NCBI GenBank assembly: GCA_964016885.1
Contig: OZ024742.1
Coordinates: 240,746,001-240,810,000 of the forward strand
Origin: Eledone cirrhosa
Lineage: Eukaryota
Reading direction: 5' to 3'
Length of the DNA stretch: 64,000 nucleotides
The notes beneath the pieces were generated by a model. It searched no databases, had not been told where the DNA came from, and was given only the letters and a program-made list of their open reading frames with translations. Position numbers and translations under genes: made by a program. This document shows positions 43,440 through 59,095 of the stretch, in pieces. Within the stretch, counting starts at the first letter, position 1. The number at the start of each line of letters is the position of its first letter.

Positions 43440-44000
43440 AAATAATTGTTTCTACTTTTGGCACAAGGCCACCAATTACCCAGTACATTACTGGTACTTT
43501 ATTTTATCGACCCCGTAAGGATGAAAGGCAAAGTTAACCTCGGTGGGATTTGAACTCAGAATGATAAGGGCCGTAACTCTATGCGTCAAAGCATGGCGTC
43601 CGACCCTCTACCGATACTGCCAATCCACCGAAATAATGGTTAGCAGTATTTAGTCCCATTCTTTACGTTCTGAGTTCAAATCCCGTCGAAGTCAACTTTG
43701 CCCATCATCCTTTCGAGGTCGATAAAATAAAGCACCAGTATTTTGTCTTTTGCCTCTACCTAAATGGCTGGCCTTGTGCCTATGTTAGAAACCATTATGT
43801 ATGATCATATAGGCGGTGGATTGGCAGTATCAGTAGAGAGTCGGACACCATGCTTTCCAGCATAGTTGCGTCCCTTTACGGTCTGAGTTCAAATCCCGCC
43901 GAGGTTTACTTTGCCTTTCATCCTTAGGAGGTCGATAAAATAAAGTACCAGTAATGCACTGTGTAATTGCTGGCCTTGTGCCTATGTTAGAAACCATTAT
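43440..44000. mobile_element. Cluster of three S1 SINEs (one minus, two tandem plus)
   Basis: Three B-box plus core units. Confidence 0.82.
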
Positions 44001-44464
44001 GTATTATCGTATATTTGAACTGTACCTGTATGTATATTTCGAAAGTATTACCAGGAAACGCAACTAATATCGTTTGATTTTTACATCTATATATTTATTA
44101 GTGTATTTGAGGTTTGTGATCTTTCTTTTTTACTATCATGTTCTACATCACATTCTCTGAAGCAGACATGTCTTTATTGTAAATATTATGACACCTGTGA
44201 TAAATACTGTGTGATGCATTTATTATAATAAATACACATCTACTGTTGAAGCTGTGAAAATATAAAGTTATAAATATTTTAGCTGTCAGCTGACTATTGA
44301 CATTTGAAAGAATAACATCGACATTACATATCATATCATATATATATATAATATTTATATAATGTGTATATATATATACATACACTCCAAAATAATACAC
44401 ACCTACATATCTTTATACACACACACACGCACACACGCACACACACACGCACACACACACACAC

Positions 44465-44609
<145 letters not shown>

Positions 44610-45156
44610 ACATTTTCAGCTTTTACATTTGCTCACGTTACGAATGTTCGTATGTTACAATGTAAAATTATACCCATATGTTATCTAAACTTGTGTTCAT
44701 AAACTCTTAAATGTAAACCACCATCAAAAGATATTCCATAGAATCGTGAAGTTACTTTTGAAATGTCAAGGGCAGGGAGGTGAGACTAAGTTCCTTTACA
44801 AATAGTTAATGGCCTTCCACTCTAACTACAATGTTTATTTTCAGACGATATATTTCTTCTGTGATTTAAGAACGGTGGAGGATCACAAAGTAACAATTTT
44901 GAGGTGACTAATAGTTGCTGATATTTACAGATTTTTTGACGCAAGCTTGCAAAGTTTACAGCTGGTTAATTACATGCAGTTGTATATTAGAATAATGATC
45001 CCGAGAGTACTCTAAATAAAAAAGAAATATAAAAGAGTATATTTCGTTGTTAAAATATACTTATAAAAGAAGTAGTTATCGGTAAATTCTGTATTGATTG
45101 ATTTGTAATCCAATTCTGCATATTATATTAAAAGGTGAAAAGTAAAATGATGAGTA

Positions 45157-45280
45157 ACTAATGCCCCTTTATGAATAAAACAATGAACTCCTGCTATCAA
45201 TGGAATACACTATTTTACTAATGCTTGGAAGCCAGATCTTAAAAATTGTCGCTCAAAATAATCGCAATCTTTGATTAAAA
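45157..45280 (+). repeat. 124-bp local duplicate of 48591-48714
   Basis: One mismatch seen; flanked by the direct repeat aaaagtaaaatgatgagta. Confidence 0.9.
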
Positions 45281-45305
45281 GTAAAATGATGAGTAAAATG
45301 ATGAG

Positions 45306-45341
<36 letters not shown>

Positions 45342-45599
45342 AAGATTTTCATCGATTTCTATCGATTCTAATAGACTCGAGATGGTTCAGGTTAGTCTTC
45401 ACCTATTTGTATTAGTCGTTGTTGCAGTATAAGTATGGCTACTGCTTTTGGTCGCTTTTCTTGGTGTTACACTTTCTTAACTTTTGTGTCTACTCTGCAC
45501 GATAATGTATTAACTTCTCACACCATTGAGTGCTTTGTTGTCCACCTCAAACTATTCGATTAGTATCTGCTATATTGTGGCTACAACTTCGAGTCATAC

Positions 45600-45636
<37 letters not shown>

Positions 45637-45641
<5 letters not shown>

Positions 45642-45825
45642 AACGAGTGGGACCCGACGGCTGAGCTCAAGCCGTTTCGACGGCTAATTCCAGAATTAGC
45701 CGTCGAAACGGCTTGAGCTCAGCCGTCGGGGTCCCACTCGTTCCTATTACCCACTCTACTATCCTAAGTATTGAGTACTTTGGTGCGTTATGGTCCACCT
45801 AGTTCCTTACCACATTTCCTTCGTT
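45637..45825. mobile_element. Family A fold-back copy
   Basis: Palindrome centred near 45691, tail on the right, (TA)n flanks. Confidence 0.87.
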
Positions 45826-46886
45826 ATATATATATATATATATATATAGTTATGCAGTCTGAATAGAGTGAATAGGAGACATTTTGGAGAAATTAACTGA
45901 CTATCCTCGCAATTGCAATAGCAAAATTTCCTTCTGAGGTGCTGAGGCAATGATAAATATGTCAGGTAGATAACTCCTATAGCCTAAGGCAATGAAATGG
46001 GAGTGGATCTTGTATATTATCCAACTTGGTGAAAGCAGCGTTCACGTTTCTCGTTTTATCAGATTTCTTTAGTGAAGCACATTCACTCAAAATATTGGTT
46101 AAGTAGAACGACCAAATTGGTATAAGAAAGACATTTTGGGTTGATTATTTATGTCAACAAAGGATAAAGGCGAAAATGCTCTCCATGAAGAGTACACATA
46201 CACATAGAATCTTATGTCTTTATTTTATCCATGAATATAATTAAATATATCTGATACTTATTCTTTTAAAAATATTGACGATGAAGCAAAATAGAGAAGA
46301 TCTATATTTTCAGAATTTAATATGCGTTTTGATTTTATATCCTGATGTTATGTTTGAATATACAATTGGAAAAGTGAAAACAATAACAATTTTTAACGTT
46401 TTACGATAGGGAATATTACTTATCACTTATTTCAGTAGCTTTTAGAAGAGTGGGGCCCTTTCCACTGAATAGGATTCTGGTCGATCATTAAATGCATTTC
46501 TATGCGGACAGTGGCGAATACATAGGCACAAGCAAACAAAACACACATCGATTCCATAGTTATCAATTATGTAACTCCAGGTATAGTTATATGGACCCTA
46601 ACGTCGATATTTAAATGTAATAGCTATTGATACCATGTTGTATAACATTTCGAGATAACATTTCGAATCACTGTCTTCTCGTACGATTATCTAGTACTTT
46701 ACTAGTTTAGCCAATTGTAGTCTTAAGTTACTATTTCTCAAATCGCTTCAGTTCAATGTAGGCAGCGGGCATTATTTTTTCCTTCATTTTTCAATACTTT
46801 CAATATTTCAATGAACGAGCATATATATATTTATACATACATACATTATATATATGTATATATATATATTATATATATATATATAT

Positions 46887-46955
46887 ATTAAAATAACAGA
46901 TATATTTGTCCTTATCGATCCCTCTTTGGATTTTAGTCTTCACATTTATTATTAT

Positions 46956-46959
<4 letters not shown>
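46887..46959. mobile_element. Micro-insertion family B (also ~39553-39605, ~55289-55380, ~61498-61582)
   Basis: Constant termini tagtaataataa.. and ..tctgttattttaata with variable internal junction, always in (TA)n. Confidence 0.7.
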
Positions 46960-47023
<64 letters not shown>

Positions 47024-47127
47024 TTAATGTTGAATTAATTTGTTGCATCATCGTTTACCAACTAGAACCACCAGTTCTACCTATTGGTAAACAACCTAAC
47101 ATAAATTATATATATATATATATATAT

Positions 47128-47359
47128 AATAGCTTTCACCGTATGTTTTTGACTAAAGAAATTTTAGTCTGATAATGAGGTTTAGAACCCTCAGATAAAT
47201 GAAAAAAGATGAGTATTTTCAATACTCATCTTTTTCCATTTATCTGAGGGTTCTAAACCCCATTATCAGACTAAAATTTCTTTAGTAAAAAAAATACGGT
47301 GAAAGCTATTCTATTTTCTAATTTCAAACCTGCTCACTGTTTCAAAACATATTTACTTG

Positions 47360-47361
<2 letters not shown>
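47128..47361. mobile_element. Near-perfect fold-back insertion (~90-bp arms) plus 50-bp tail
   Basis: aatagctttcaccgtat...gatgagtatt ttc aatactcatc...atacggtgaaagctatt; (TA)n flanks. Confidence 0.85.
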
Positions 47362-47448
<87 letters not shown>

Positions 47449-47829
47449 ATTTTAGCACATATCTATATGAGAAGAAGAGATGAAAATCAAAATTATATTT
47501 TTGTGATTATATTCATAAGAAAACATGATAAACATGATAAACTATTTGCTAGCAGTATTGCTATCACTAGGCTGACTCATGCAAAGTTCGTAATAGACTA
47601 CTTTCCTAGCCAGATGTGAAATGTAGCCTCCATTCATCGGTATAAAGTTTAATAATTTGGGCTTAACATTTATGATTTATGTGTGAGTCACAGCTTTATA
47701 CATGTACGTGTTGTTTACATGATGTACTTACCATTAAACATTAGAGTGAAAGAACTAGAACTGGGAGGTTCCCTTAAAATCGTAGGTCAATGTTGAGTCG
47801 CCTATCTGTTCCATTTCTGTTTTCACCTG

Positions 47830-48430
47830 CCAGTAGGTGATCTTTACAGACGAGAGCTGAAAGTACACCACGAATATCATTTTGAACTGCGGATTATACT
47901 TATTTGGATTTACTTTGCACGGAGCATGGTAATTCAATTTTACAGGAGAAATTTCCTAAAATGGAGGAAGAAATTGTAATACATATGCTGAGAAATGTTC
48001 TTAACTCACATACATACTTGCCCTAAAATGTTTCCATGTCGGACTGCTTGAACAGGTCTTGAGCCACCAAATCATTTTACATTTCCAAACGTTCATCCCG
48101 ACAGCTTCTCTAGAATTGTATTCACATCTGAAGTAAAAGAGTTCCCGATGAAGGATAATTTCTCCATTGTCCACTCCTGAACATAGTATTGGAATTAATC
48201 ACATGATGTTCGATTATGTCCTCCAAATCTCCGAATATTTCATTAAGACACAGAATTGAACTAAATGTTTCTTTTTTCAACCATCACAATCTACAGTCTT
48301 AACTTTTGAAGAAACGCTTTGATTATGCTATGTAGCTGAACATTCTGCTTGTTCAAATTCCCAAATATATCGGCTAAATATGCAAGCCCTAGATTTAACT
48401 TATCTAGGAAATTTATCTCTCTCATATATT
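47830..48430 (-). pseudogene. Degraded hAT (Charlie/Buster-like) transposase C-terminus
   Basis: LAYLADIFGNLNKQNVQL..IKAFLQKLRL, followed by eroded downstream similarity (KSK..QNDIRGVLS). Confidence 0.65.
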
Positions 48431-49274
48431 GACTCTTTTTCTGCTGATAGCCATCGTATGGAAAACGAAAAAAGAACAAATAAAAATTAGATTTAGTACG
48501 ATGGCAAAGTTTATTGAATAACATAGTGTTCTCAGCAAATGATTTATTATAATTCACCAACATTATCAATAGTTAGGCAATGCTTTTGATACTAATGTCC
48601 CTTTATGAATAAAACAATGAACTCCTGCTATCAATGGAATACACTATTTTACTAATGCTTGGAAGCCAGATCTTAAAAATTGTCGCTCAAAATAATCGCA
48701 ATCTTTGATTAAAAAAGTCAGCTGATACTTTTTCAGATTCAGTTTGAGTTTAGTTAGTTTCGAGAAATCATTGTCCCAAAATGTAAATCAAGCCATCCAT
48801 TATGGAACACCCTGTTCAGTTTTGTCTTGATATGTAAATACGACTTTAATATAGTCTTCAAAATATTTGCTTTTAACAAGTATTGTTCTTAAAAGTCATT
48901 ACTTCAGATCTTTAAGAAGATTATAATAAAGTTATTAGTTGATAAAAGAAATAGTAGTAATAACCTTAGCAACACATCGACTTAGCTATCTGGAAGTTAA
49001 TAATTGAATATACTTTCAAATTAACATAACGTACTATCTTAAAACAAACGCTAATACAGTTGAACAGAATAAACTTAAAATATACTGGACGTCTACATCC
49101 CTTAAAACGAACGAAAACATAAAATCCATCTGAACCATATAAATATAAATTCCATTTGAACCACATGATTAGGTTAATAGCAATAACTTTTACCTACCGA
49201 TCAGTTATTCGACTAAAAATAAAATCTTCCGATGAATTAGTTAAGCTTTAAAAACAATTCTTTTAAATAATGAG

Positions 49275-49810
49275 TTCTAATTTAGACACAACGAAAGCAA
49301 TTTGTGGGGATGAGAATGTCGATTAAAACGACCCAAATACTTTATTGGTACTTTTTTATCGACCCCGGAAAGATGAACAGCAAAGCTGACTTCGGTGGGA
49401 TTTAAACTCAGATTGTAAAGTACCAGAACAAACACCGCAAAACATTTGTCCGACACTTTATCGACTTTGCAATCCACCGTTCTAATACTTTAGCATAATA
49501 GGTCTAGGTAATTGCAACCAAGTATATACAACACAAGACGGCGAATTGGCTGAGTCGCTAGAACATCAGATAGAATACTTTATGGTATTCGTTACGGCTC
49601 TCTGCTCTCGGAGTTCAAATCCCGTCGAGGTAAACTTTGCCTTTCATCTTTTCGAGGTCGATAAAAAAGTACCAGTCTAGTACTGGGGTCGATTCTTCCT
49701 CTAAATCTCTTTCTCATTTCCTCTTTCTCACTTTCTATCTTTCTCTGGAAGAAATTTGTTGTGCACAAGTCTGGAGAGGGATGGGCACCGCCAGGCTTAA
49801 AATGCCAAAT
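49275..49810. mobile_element. Two divergently oriented S1-type SINEs
   Basis: Minus copy ~49275-49480; plus copy ~49537-49810 with the alternative tail. Confidence 0.75.
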
Positions 49811-50684
49811 ATATTCTATCAGGAGTTACGGGGCCATACATAAATGCAACACAACGTTGTATACAGATTATAAGTGATTCACTTAAAAACCAGTGGATCA
49901 AAATGCAATGTCATGCAATGTTTACAGGACAAAAATTAAAGAAACAATATTCATAACATTTTTAGACGATTTTTTCTTTTTACTTCACAAGAAGACTTTT
50001 AAGACCATTCCTCTCAAGAGCTTTCCTTGAATTTAAGTTTTTGTTTCACCATTTCATCATAAAGTTCATAAGTAAAGAGATGGATATTTTTGGTGTAGGC
50101 CAATGACTGAGAGGTCAAACTTGTATAGTTACTTAAGGGCGGTAGTTTAAATCTGAACAAATATGTTTTGTTTTCTGTTTTTCTTTAAGTTGTACATAAA
50201 CTATTAGAACAAATTTAGTACATCCATGCCGTCTACACAGTTGGTCATGCAAAGGGTTTGAACGTGGACCACTAGGAAGAACGTCATGGACCACTAATTG
50301 TAGATGGACTAGCTATTGATAACTACTGTTTTCAAAGAATAAAGAGAAAGGTTAATCGTGGTTGTCTCAGCTGCATTCATTACTTCTTCAATCATTCAGG
50401 TACTGTATAGCTAAAAGACAAGGATAAATGTATTTATCAATCTATAGAAATTCTATTCTGGATCGTTTAGCATCAAAAATTTATTTTCGAGTGTTCTTAT
50501 TTTTACATACACTTTCACATACTTCCTGTGCTTACATAGTGTTCTTATGTTCCAAGTCAACAAGGGAAATCAAATAATACTAATTATATTCCGTGAAAAG
50601 AAGATGATAAAAGACTAGACTTTACATTAGATGGGGATTTTTCAGTTCATTTTGTCAGTTAAACTATATAGGAAGATAAGTGTT

Positions 50685-50757
<73 letters not shown>

Positions 50758-51676
50758 TGAGAAATAGACGGATGGAGACGAATAGTATCTGTTTGAAAAT
50801 TAGTTTATAAAAAGTCTTTAATTCTACATAATAGCAAAATGTTATATTTTGTGAATGGTGGGGGTAAGGAACATTTTAGAATACAAACTAATCTCGTTAT
50901 CAGTTCACTATAGATAACTTAAACGACTTCATTCAAATAATTTCTATATATTCAAATTTACAGAACTAGAAACGGATTTAGCACCCCTCAGAGGTGGAAA
51001 GGGGATTATTTTGGTGATGTATAGTCGATTATAGTTGAAAGGATGAATACAACGAAATAGAGAAGCATTTCTAATTCATTTTAAATGACAACTACTTAAA
51101 CCTTTATCACCAGTAGCTGGTTATTATTGCTATATACACCCACAAAAGAACTTGCTGACAAAACGGTATTTTTCAGCAGTAATATGATATAGTAACAATA
51201 GTTCTTACTTCACTGTAGAAAATTTTATGAAACAGAGCAGTGAATTTACAGAAAATAAAGTAGTAAAGAGTGAAAAGTTTTTATGTATATTATTTGATAC
51301 TGAATTATACAACGTAAGTTTTAACCATATAGAAATATCCAAATTGAAATACCCCTGAGATATCTCGAAAATATTTGTCTATAGAGAGAAAACACGGGTT
51401 TAACGCCCCGTTTAATTTTGATTAACACCAACTTCCGACCTCAACTGGAATCAGAGGGTAACATTAGTCATATAATTTAACATAATTTTCCCACTAAAGT
51501 TTTTTTAAATTTAGTTACAGATTTATAAATATTTGGTAATTCATCACGATTCATATAAATATTTTTCTTCGAACAAAACTTATATTTTAAGGTCTTTGAG
51601 CACTTGCAGTCGTGCAGTATTCGAATGTAAGCATATTTATTGTCTTAAAAAGAATTTGAAGCATATCTCAAGTCTT

Positions 51677-51758
51677 GAGTGACAAGAGGAAGTGTGTAGA
51701 ACTAAGGAAAAAGAAATAACAGTGTATTTTTAACCGAAAGTATCAGTCTATTCGTTCT
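51677..51758 (+). repeat. ~82-bp local duplicate of 54340-54422
   Basis: gagtgacaag.ggaagtgtgtagaactaagg...cagtctattcgttctc. Confidence 0.85.
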
Positions 51759-53897
51759 CAGAGATTATTATAGTTTCACAAAGTGGTAAGTACACTACAA
51801 GACAGAACTCCAGTCCTTCGCAAGTTTAATCTCCAGCTGCAGTTGGTAATCATTAGTTTCAGCTGAACAACGGAAAGGAAATGCCTTCTTCAAAGGCACA
51901 ACCCATCTGCTACAGGGATCGAACTCATGAGTATATGATCGTGAGTCCAATTCTCTATTTATTGTAAAGGCTGTTGAACAACATAAAAAAAAAACACGAT
52001 AAAAAATCCCGTTAAAAGATTTTGTATTGATTACTCATTGATTTACACTTCATAATCATTCGATAACGTTTTCCATTTAAATCAGTTTGTTATTTTCCTT
52101 TACAGGAATGAAAGCAAAACATCTTTTTCATAAGTGATGATCAAATTAAGACTTTTACGGACATTATTTATTAATTATATTTTGATTTTCTGGCAAAGAA
52201 ATTCGTTTATTCAATTTCTGACCTTGGGTAAACCTGATATCAAGACTGTTTTAAACTAATTTGTCTTAACTTAATATTGATATAGCAAACTTAAATTGAT
52301 CGATTTTAGTTTGAATTATATCATAATTGCTTAAAGAAGCTAATTTATATTAGCTATTTTAATGTGACAATAGTCGGTAGGCGTAACTAACGTAATTAAT
52401 ACATCGCATCAACTCTCCAATCGATTTAATATTTACACTTTCTTTGTTTTAAATATGGTTGTCCTTCCAACAGCAACCCTGATAAGCCGACTAAAACGAG
52501 TCAACGGAATGCAGATGTGATGATCATACTACTTCCTTGTTTCTAGAAACCGACAAAAACAAAGTAGTCGCGAGGTGCATAGAAAACAGTGAACTTTCAT
52601 ATGCGTAAGTAGGATACAAATATTCTAGTCATTGTGAACCATAGCTTAATTCATATATTAAATTTATCATTTTATTGCAATTTCTATTATGCGTCCTTTA
52701 TTTAAATACTGTAGAAATGTAAATGAAATAATGTTGTATTTGAGCTTACATTTAAGGCATGTTAATGGAAATTATTGTTAATGGAAATTATTGTTAATGG
52801 AAATTGATACACTCATAGACATATGCAGACTTAGACTCAGACACATATATCTAATTGTAAAAGTGAAGGTGCCATTGGAAAGAGCAAAAACTGAAAGGCA
52901 ATCTCTAGGATAAGTAGATAAATAACTGAAACATTTTAGTTCCTCATCAACTTAGACATAACAATTTAATTCGAGGAATATTAACTGAATCATGTGAGAG
53001 TAATTGCAAGAATAGCAACATATGTTAGTTCTAAATTAAAATATACAACAACAACAACAACAACCCTCTTAAAGCAATCAAAGATAAAGATAAAAACATA
53101 AACATATAGATCTTAATTATAATCATTTCTAACACAGACTCAAGGCTAGAAATTTGAGCGAATGATCAGTCGATTAAATCAATCTTATTACTTGAATAGA
53201 ATTATATTTTATAGACTCAGAAATGATGAAAAAAAAAAAAATTGAGAAGGGTAATGAACGAATATATATCATCTGAAATTAACTCTCCCTGACAAGTCTT
53301 CGTCTGTCACTATCAAGCAGACGACAGCTTCACAGAGTTTTAAAAGTATCTGATTCTGAGTAACACCGAAATGGAAATTTTGATATAAATGGATTTCCAA
53401 ATTATAAAGCAATTATATTTCAAGAGATCTGTAACACAATTGAACCAAGAGTTTGACTTCAAAGCAGAAACATTACATCACCCTCAAATAAAAAGTGAAG
53501 AAGCTAGCTTATTAAAGTATTGGTAATTATCTCTTAAACCTGGAGTGTAAAATATTTTAGAATTGCTAAATTTTGTCTTTGAATACTTGCTGATATTTAT
53601 CTACAGGTCAACTCTGATCAAGCAAACATATCATCAAAGCATTTTTAACAATGACCCTCCTATCTTATTTTGAGACAATATAATCTGAACTACAGTGTCG
53701 AATATATCCTTCTTGGATTGAGACCCCCTTACTAGCTTGTTATCTTGAATAGGCGACTTATCTGTCAGGATATGTGGAGAAAGTTGTCTGATATAGCCTA
53801 GCATCTCATACTAGTGGCGATTCAATGGTCATACACGTATCACCAGGAAATTACTTTTGCATTCGAGTGCTTTTGATTTGTATTATTTTCTGGAGAA

Positions 53898-54240
53898 TTG
53901 AGTTCAAATCCCGCCGAGATTAACTTTGCTTTCATCCTTACGGGGTCGATAAAGCAAAGTACCAGTCACGCACTGGGATCGATTTAATCGACTTTCCCCT
54001 CCCCCAAAATTACTGGCTTTGTGCCTATACTAGAAATCATCATTATTTTCTGGTGAATTGGCAGTATTGGTAGAGGGTCGGACGCCATGCTTTTCAGCAT
54101 AGAGTTACTGCCCTTTACGATCTAAGTTCAAATCCCGCCGAGGTTAACTTTGCCTTTCATCCTTACGGGGTCGATAAAATAAATTACCAGTAATGCACTG
54201 GGATAATTGCTGGCCTTGTGCCAAATGTAGAAACAATTAT
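53898..54240 (+). mobile_element. Two tandem S1 SINEs
   Basis: Two B-box plus core units. Confidence 0.82.
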
Positions 54241-54719
54241 TTTCTTTTTAAACTGTATATCGCAATCAGTGAACATTGACATTTCTGGTTACCGTTTTCC
54301 AGTTGGCTAAATACTGGTTCACTGCAATTCTGACGGTGGGAGTGACAAGGGGAAGTGTGTAGAACTAAGGAAAAAGAAATAACAGTGTATTTTTAACCGA
54401 AAGTATCAGTCTATTCGTTCTCTAGCCAATATACATGTGTAAAATATATTATATAAAACCCTACAAAAGCATTGGTAAACTGAAGACTATGGTAGAAGAC
54501 AGTGACATCGAATCTGGAAGCACGGCGGTTGGAAGCGAGCATCTTTGCCAAATAGACGTGCATACACGAATAAAATGTTAAGTTAAAAGGCTGTCATGAC
54601 ATTTTGAGCAAAGGATTCGTGTTTTAAATATCTGTATTGATGTTATCGATAAATACCAACCGTCCAAGACGTAATAGAGCTGTCATTTAACTAGCAATTA
54701 ATACGTGATAAATATACTC

Positions 54720-54888
54720 CAATGACGATTGCTAGAGGGATTAATTAAAATCATGTTCAATTCAAAGGTATTAATTATGTTACTTACAGTATTATATGAG
54801 TGCAAGAAAATGAAAGTTTCGCATTAAACATCGCCAACATTAAGAGCAATACATCAAATTCAGGAAATAAATTTGAAGCGCTTCAAAT

Positions 54889-54966
<78 letters not shown>

Positions 54967-55130
54967 ATGTATATATATATATTTATGTATATATATATGT
55001 ATATATATATATAGGTATATATATATGTATATATATACAGTATAAGTTACAAAATGCTCAGAATGTAGCAATTAGAAATCGTGTTAATACTACTTATCAT
55101 TGCATTCAAAATAAATAGTAATTACTCATG
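54720..55130. repeat. Old diverged duplication of ~57001-57260 (interrupted by microsatellite)
   Basis: aatgacgattgcta.agggattaattaaaatca..catcg.caa.attaagagcaat..tacttatca.t.cattcaaaat in both copies. Confidence 0.7.
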
Positions 55131-55145
55131 ATTTATCTATCTATT

Positions 55146-55290
<145 letters not shown>

Positions 55291-56553
55291 AATAGCAATA
55301 ATAATAAATTTGAAGACTAAAATCCAAAGGGTGAAAGCAGCGATTCTTTGCTTAAACTTTAATCTGTTATTTTAATAAATATATATATATATATCTTTAT
55401 ATATAGTATTTCAGAGTGATGTTTGTATGTATATTCTTATTTACACGTTTCCTATCTTCCTTCGAAAGATCGAAAACTCGGAGTTAAGCCATAATTGCAC
55501 ACACATATACCCACATACACGCACATATATAATTATAACCTTTATTTCGACTTGACAATCTGTCGGCCGAAGATAAAAAAGGTGTAACTCAGATTAATCA
55601 TTAGTGAGGTGGAACAATACTATACTATAAAGAAGCCAAAGACTACAACATTCTTTATATGATGATGGATTTCATCACTTTACTTCTCATACCAAAATTG
55701 TCTAACCGATAAGAAATTAAATAAATTTAATACCAGTTTTAAATATGAAAAAAGTAACTTCTATGGACTACGTAAAATACACAAGAACAAACTAATTAAT
55801 GAGAGATGCGTACACACACACACATGTATGTATCAAAGTTGTACATAAATCCCATTTGTGCTGTAAAGCTTTACATTATTTCTTTAGATATAAGATATCG
55901 TGTTTATGGAAATTCAAGATGGGATTGGAATTCACTCGCAAGTGTTAGAAATTGAATTTTATTAATATTTTCTTTTGGATATAAAATCTTGTTCTTGGAA
56001 ATTCAAAATGGAATAAGAATTAAGTGATAGGTGTTAGAAATGCAACTTTGTGGCAACCAGCATTTGAGTGATCGCTCTTTAAGTGACACGAGAAACCTAG
56101 TATTTAAAATAAAAATTATGAATTTGATCCTTTTATCTATCCCTCCTTGGCATGTTGGCTGGGCTGTGGGACACAACCTGCCTTCTTGTTGAGTGAGATA
56201 GAATGATGGTATGTTGAAAAAGTCAACAGTTAGTGTTGACATCAGGATTAGTGAGTAATCAAGTGTAGTTGATGTCATAGAATATTGGGTTAGAAGTAAT
56301 TCTGTACACATTCCTGACCCCAACTCGTCACGGACATCATTAGGATGTAATCATTAGATGTTTAATAGCAATCGTACTTTTTCTAAACATGGTGCTTCTT
56401 CTTAATTAACTATTCGCCTAAACGTTTTAAATGATAACGTATCAAAGTTTGAGCAAAAGCCACATCTTACATATCTGTGTTCATCTTACATTTATGTGAT
56501 CTACAAATACGATCTCCGTCGTAATATAGCTGTTATTTAGCTACTAATTAATA

Positions 56554-56645
<92 letters not shown>

Positions 56646-56899
56646 GTATATATATATATATGTATATACAGAACCAGATTTAGACTTTGGGGAGCTCAGA
56701 GCAGTTCAGATTTGGTGGGTCCCTCACATAACAACACAACCAACTTTCTTCAATTGAACATATAAGGACAAAAGAAACAAGAGAAAGAGAGAGAGAGAGA
56801 AGGAGAAGAAGGAGAAGAAGGAGCCCTGTTCAAAGAGCGGGGGGGCTTTCTTTTTTATTAGGGGGCAGGACATTTCACCCCCACTAACCCCAACAAATA

Positions 56900-57001
<102 letters not shown>

Positions 57002-57367
57002 AATGACGATTGCTATAGGGATTAATTAAAATCAATTTTAATACAAAGCTGCTAATTAAGTTACTTTATAATTCTTATTCGAGAAATAGAGATTTGCATT
57101 AGACATCGTCAATATTAAGAGCAATGCACCAGTCAGGAAACAGATTTGACGCATTTAAAAGAAAATATATATAGCGTAATATAATGAAAGTATTAAAATC
57201 AAAAGATGGCAGCAGTTAAAAACTAAATATTACTTATCACTACATTCAAAATTAATACCTATAATTTGATACACACACACACACACGCACGCATGCACAC
57301 ACATATATATATACTACAGTTTGCCATGTATTTTATATAATATAGTATACTTACCTCTATAATCAGG

Positions 57368-58484
<1,117 letters not shown>

Positions 58485-58556
58485 TATATATAATATATAT
58501 ATACAGTATGTATATATATATATATATATACAGTATATATAATATATATATACAGT

Positions 58557-58624
<68 letters not shown>

Positions 58625-58649
58625 ACAGATCATATATACATATATATAT

Positions 58650-59046
58650 ATAAGTAGAAGGGGTATTTAATTTGTTGGGAGTCTGACAAATATAAATGTT
58701 TATAACTGATTTAGAGCACTCAACAGTTTACTGGACTAAATATTCAATGATATTAAATAAATGGAAACTATATTTATAAAACTATATTTATTTTATTATA
58801 TATATTTCAAGGGTACCAAGACAACATTGATAAAATAGAAAGTTTGTTTTATAAATAGAGACATACCCATGAAAATCATACCTTATCGGTTGGAAATTCA
58901 CTGGATAGTGGAAATGTATAAGGGATTATTCAAACTTATGTGTGAATATGCAAATGAATATGTAAATAATTGAAAAACAACCATTTATTTAAACGTCACT
59001 GGAGAAAGAGAGAAGAGAAGATATACGGGAGAAATATAAAAAAAAA

Positions 59047-59095
<49 letters not shown>

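Noticed and set aside
47731-47858. Apparent minus-strand exon with tttcag acceptor and gtaagt donor
   Set aside because: Stops in all three frames and overlaps the degraded hAT end; a non-coding exon cannot be excluded without RNA data
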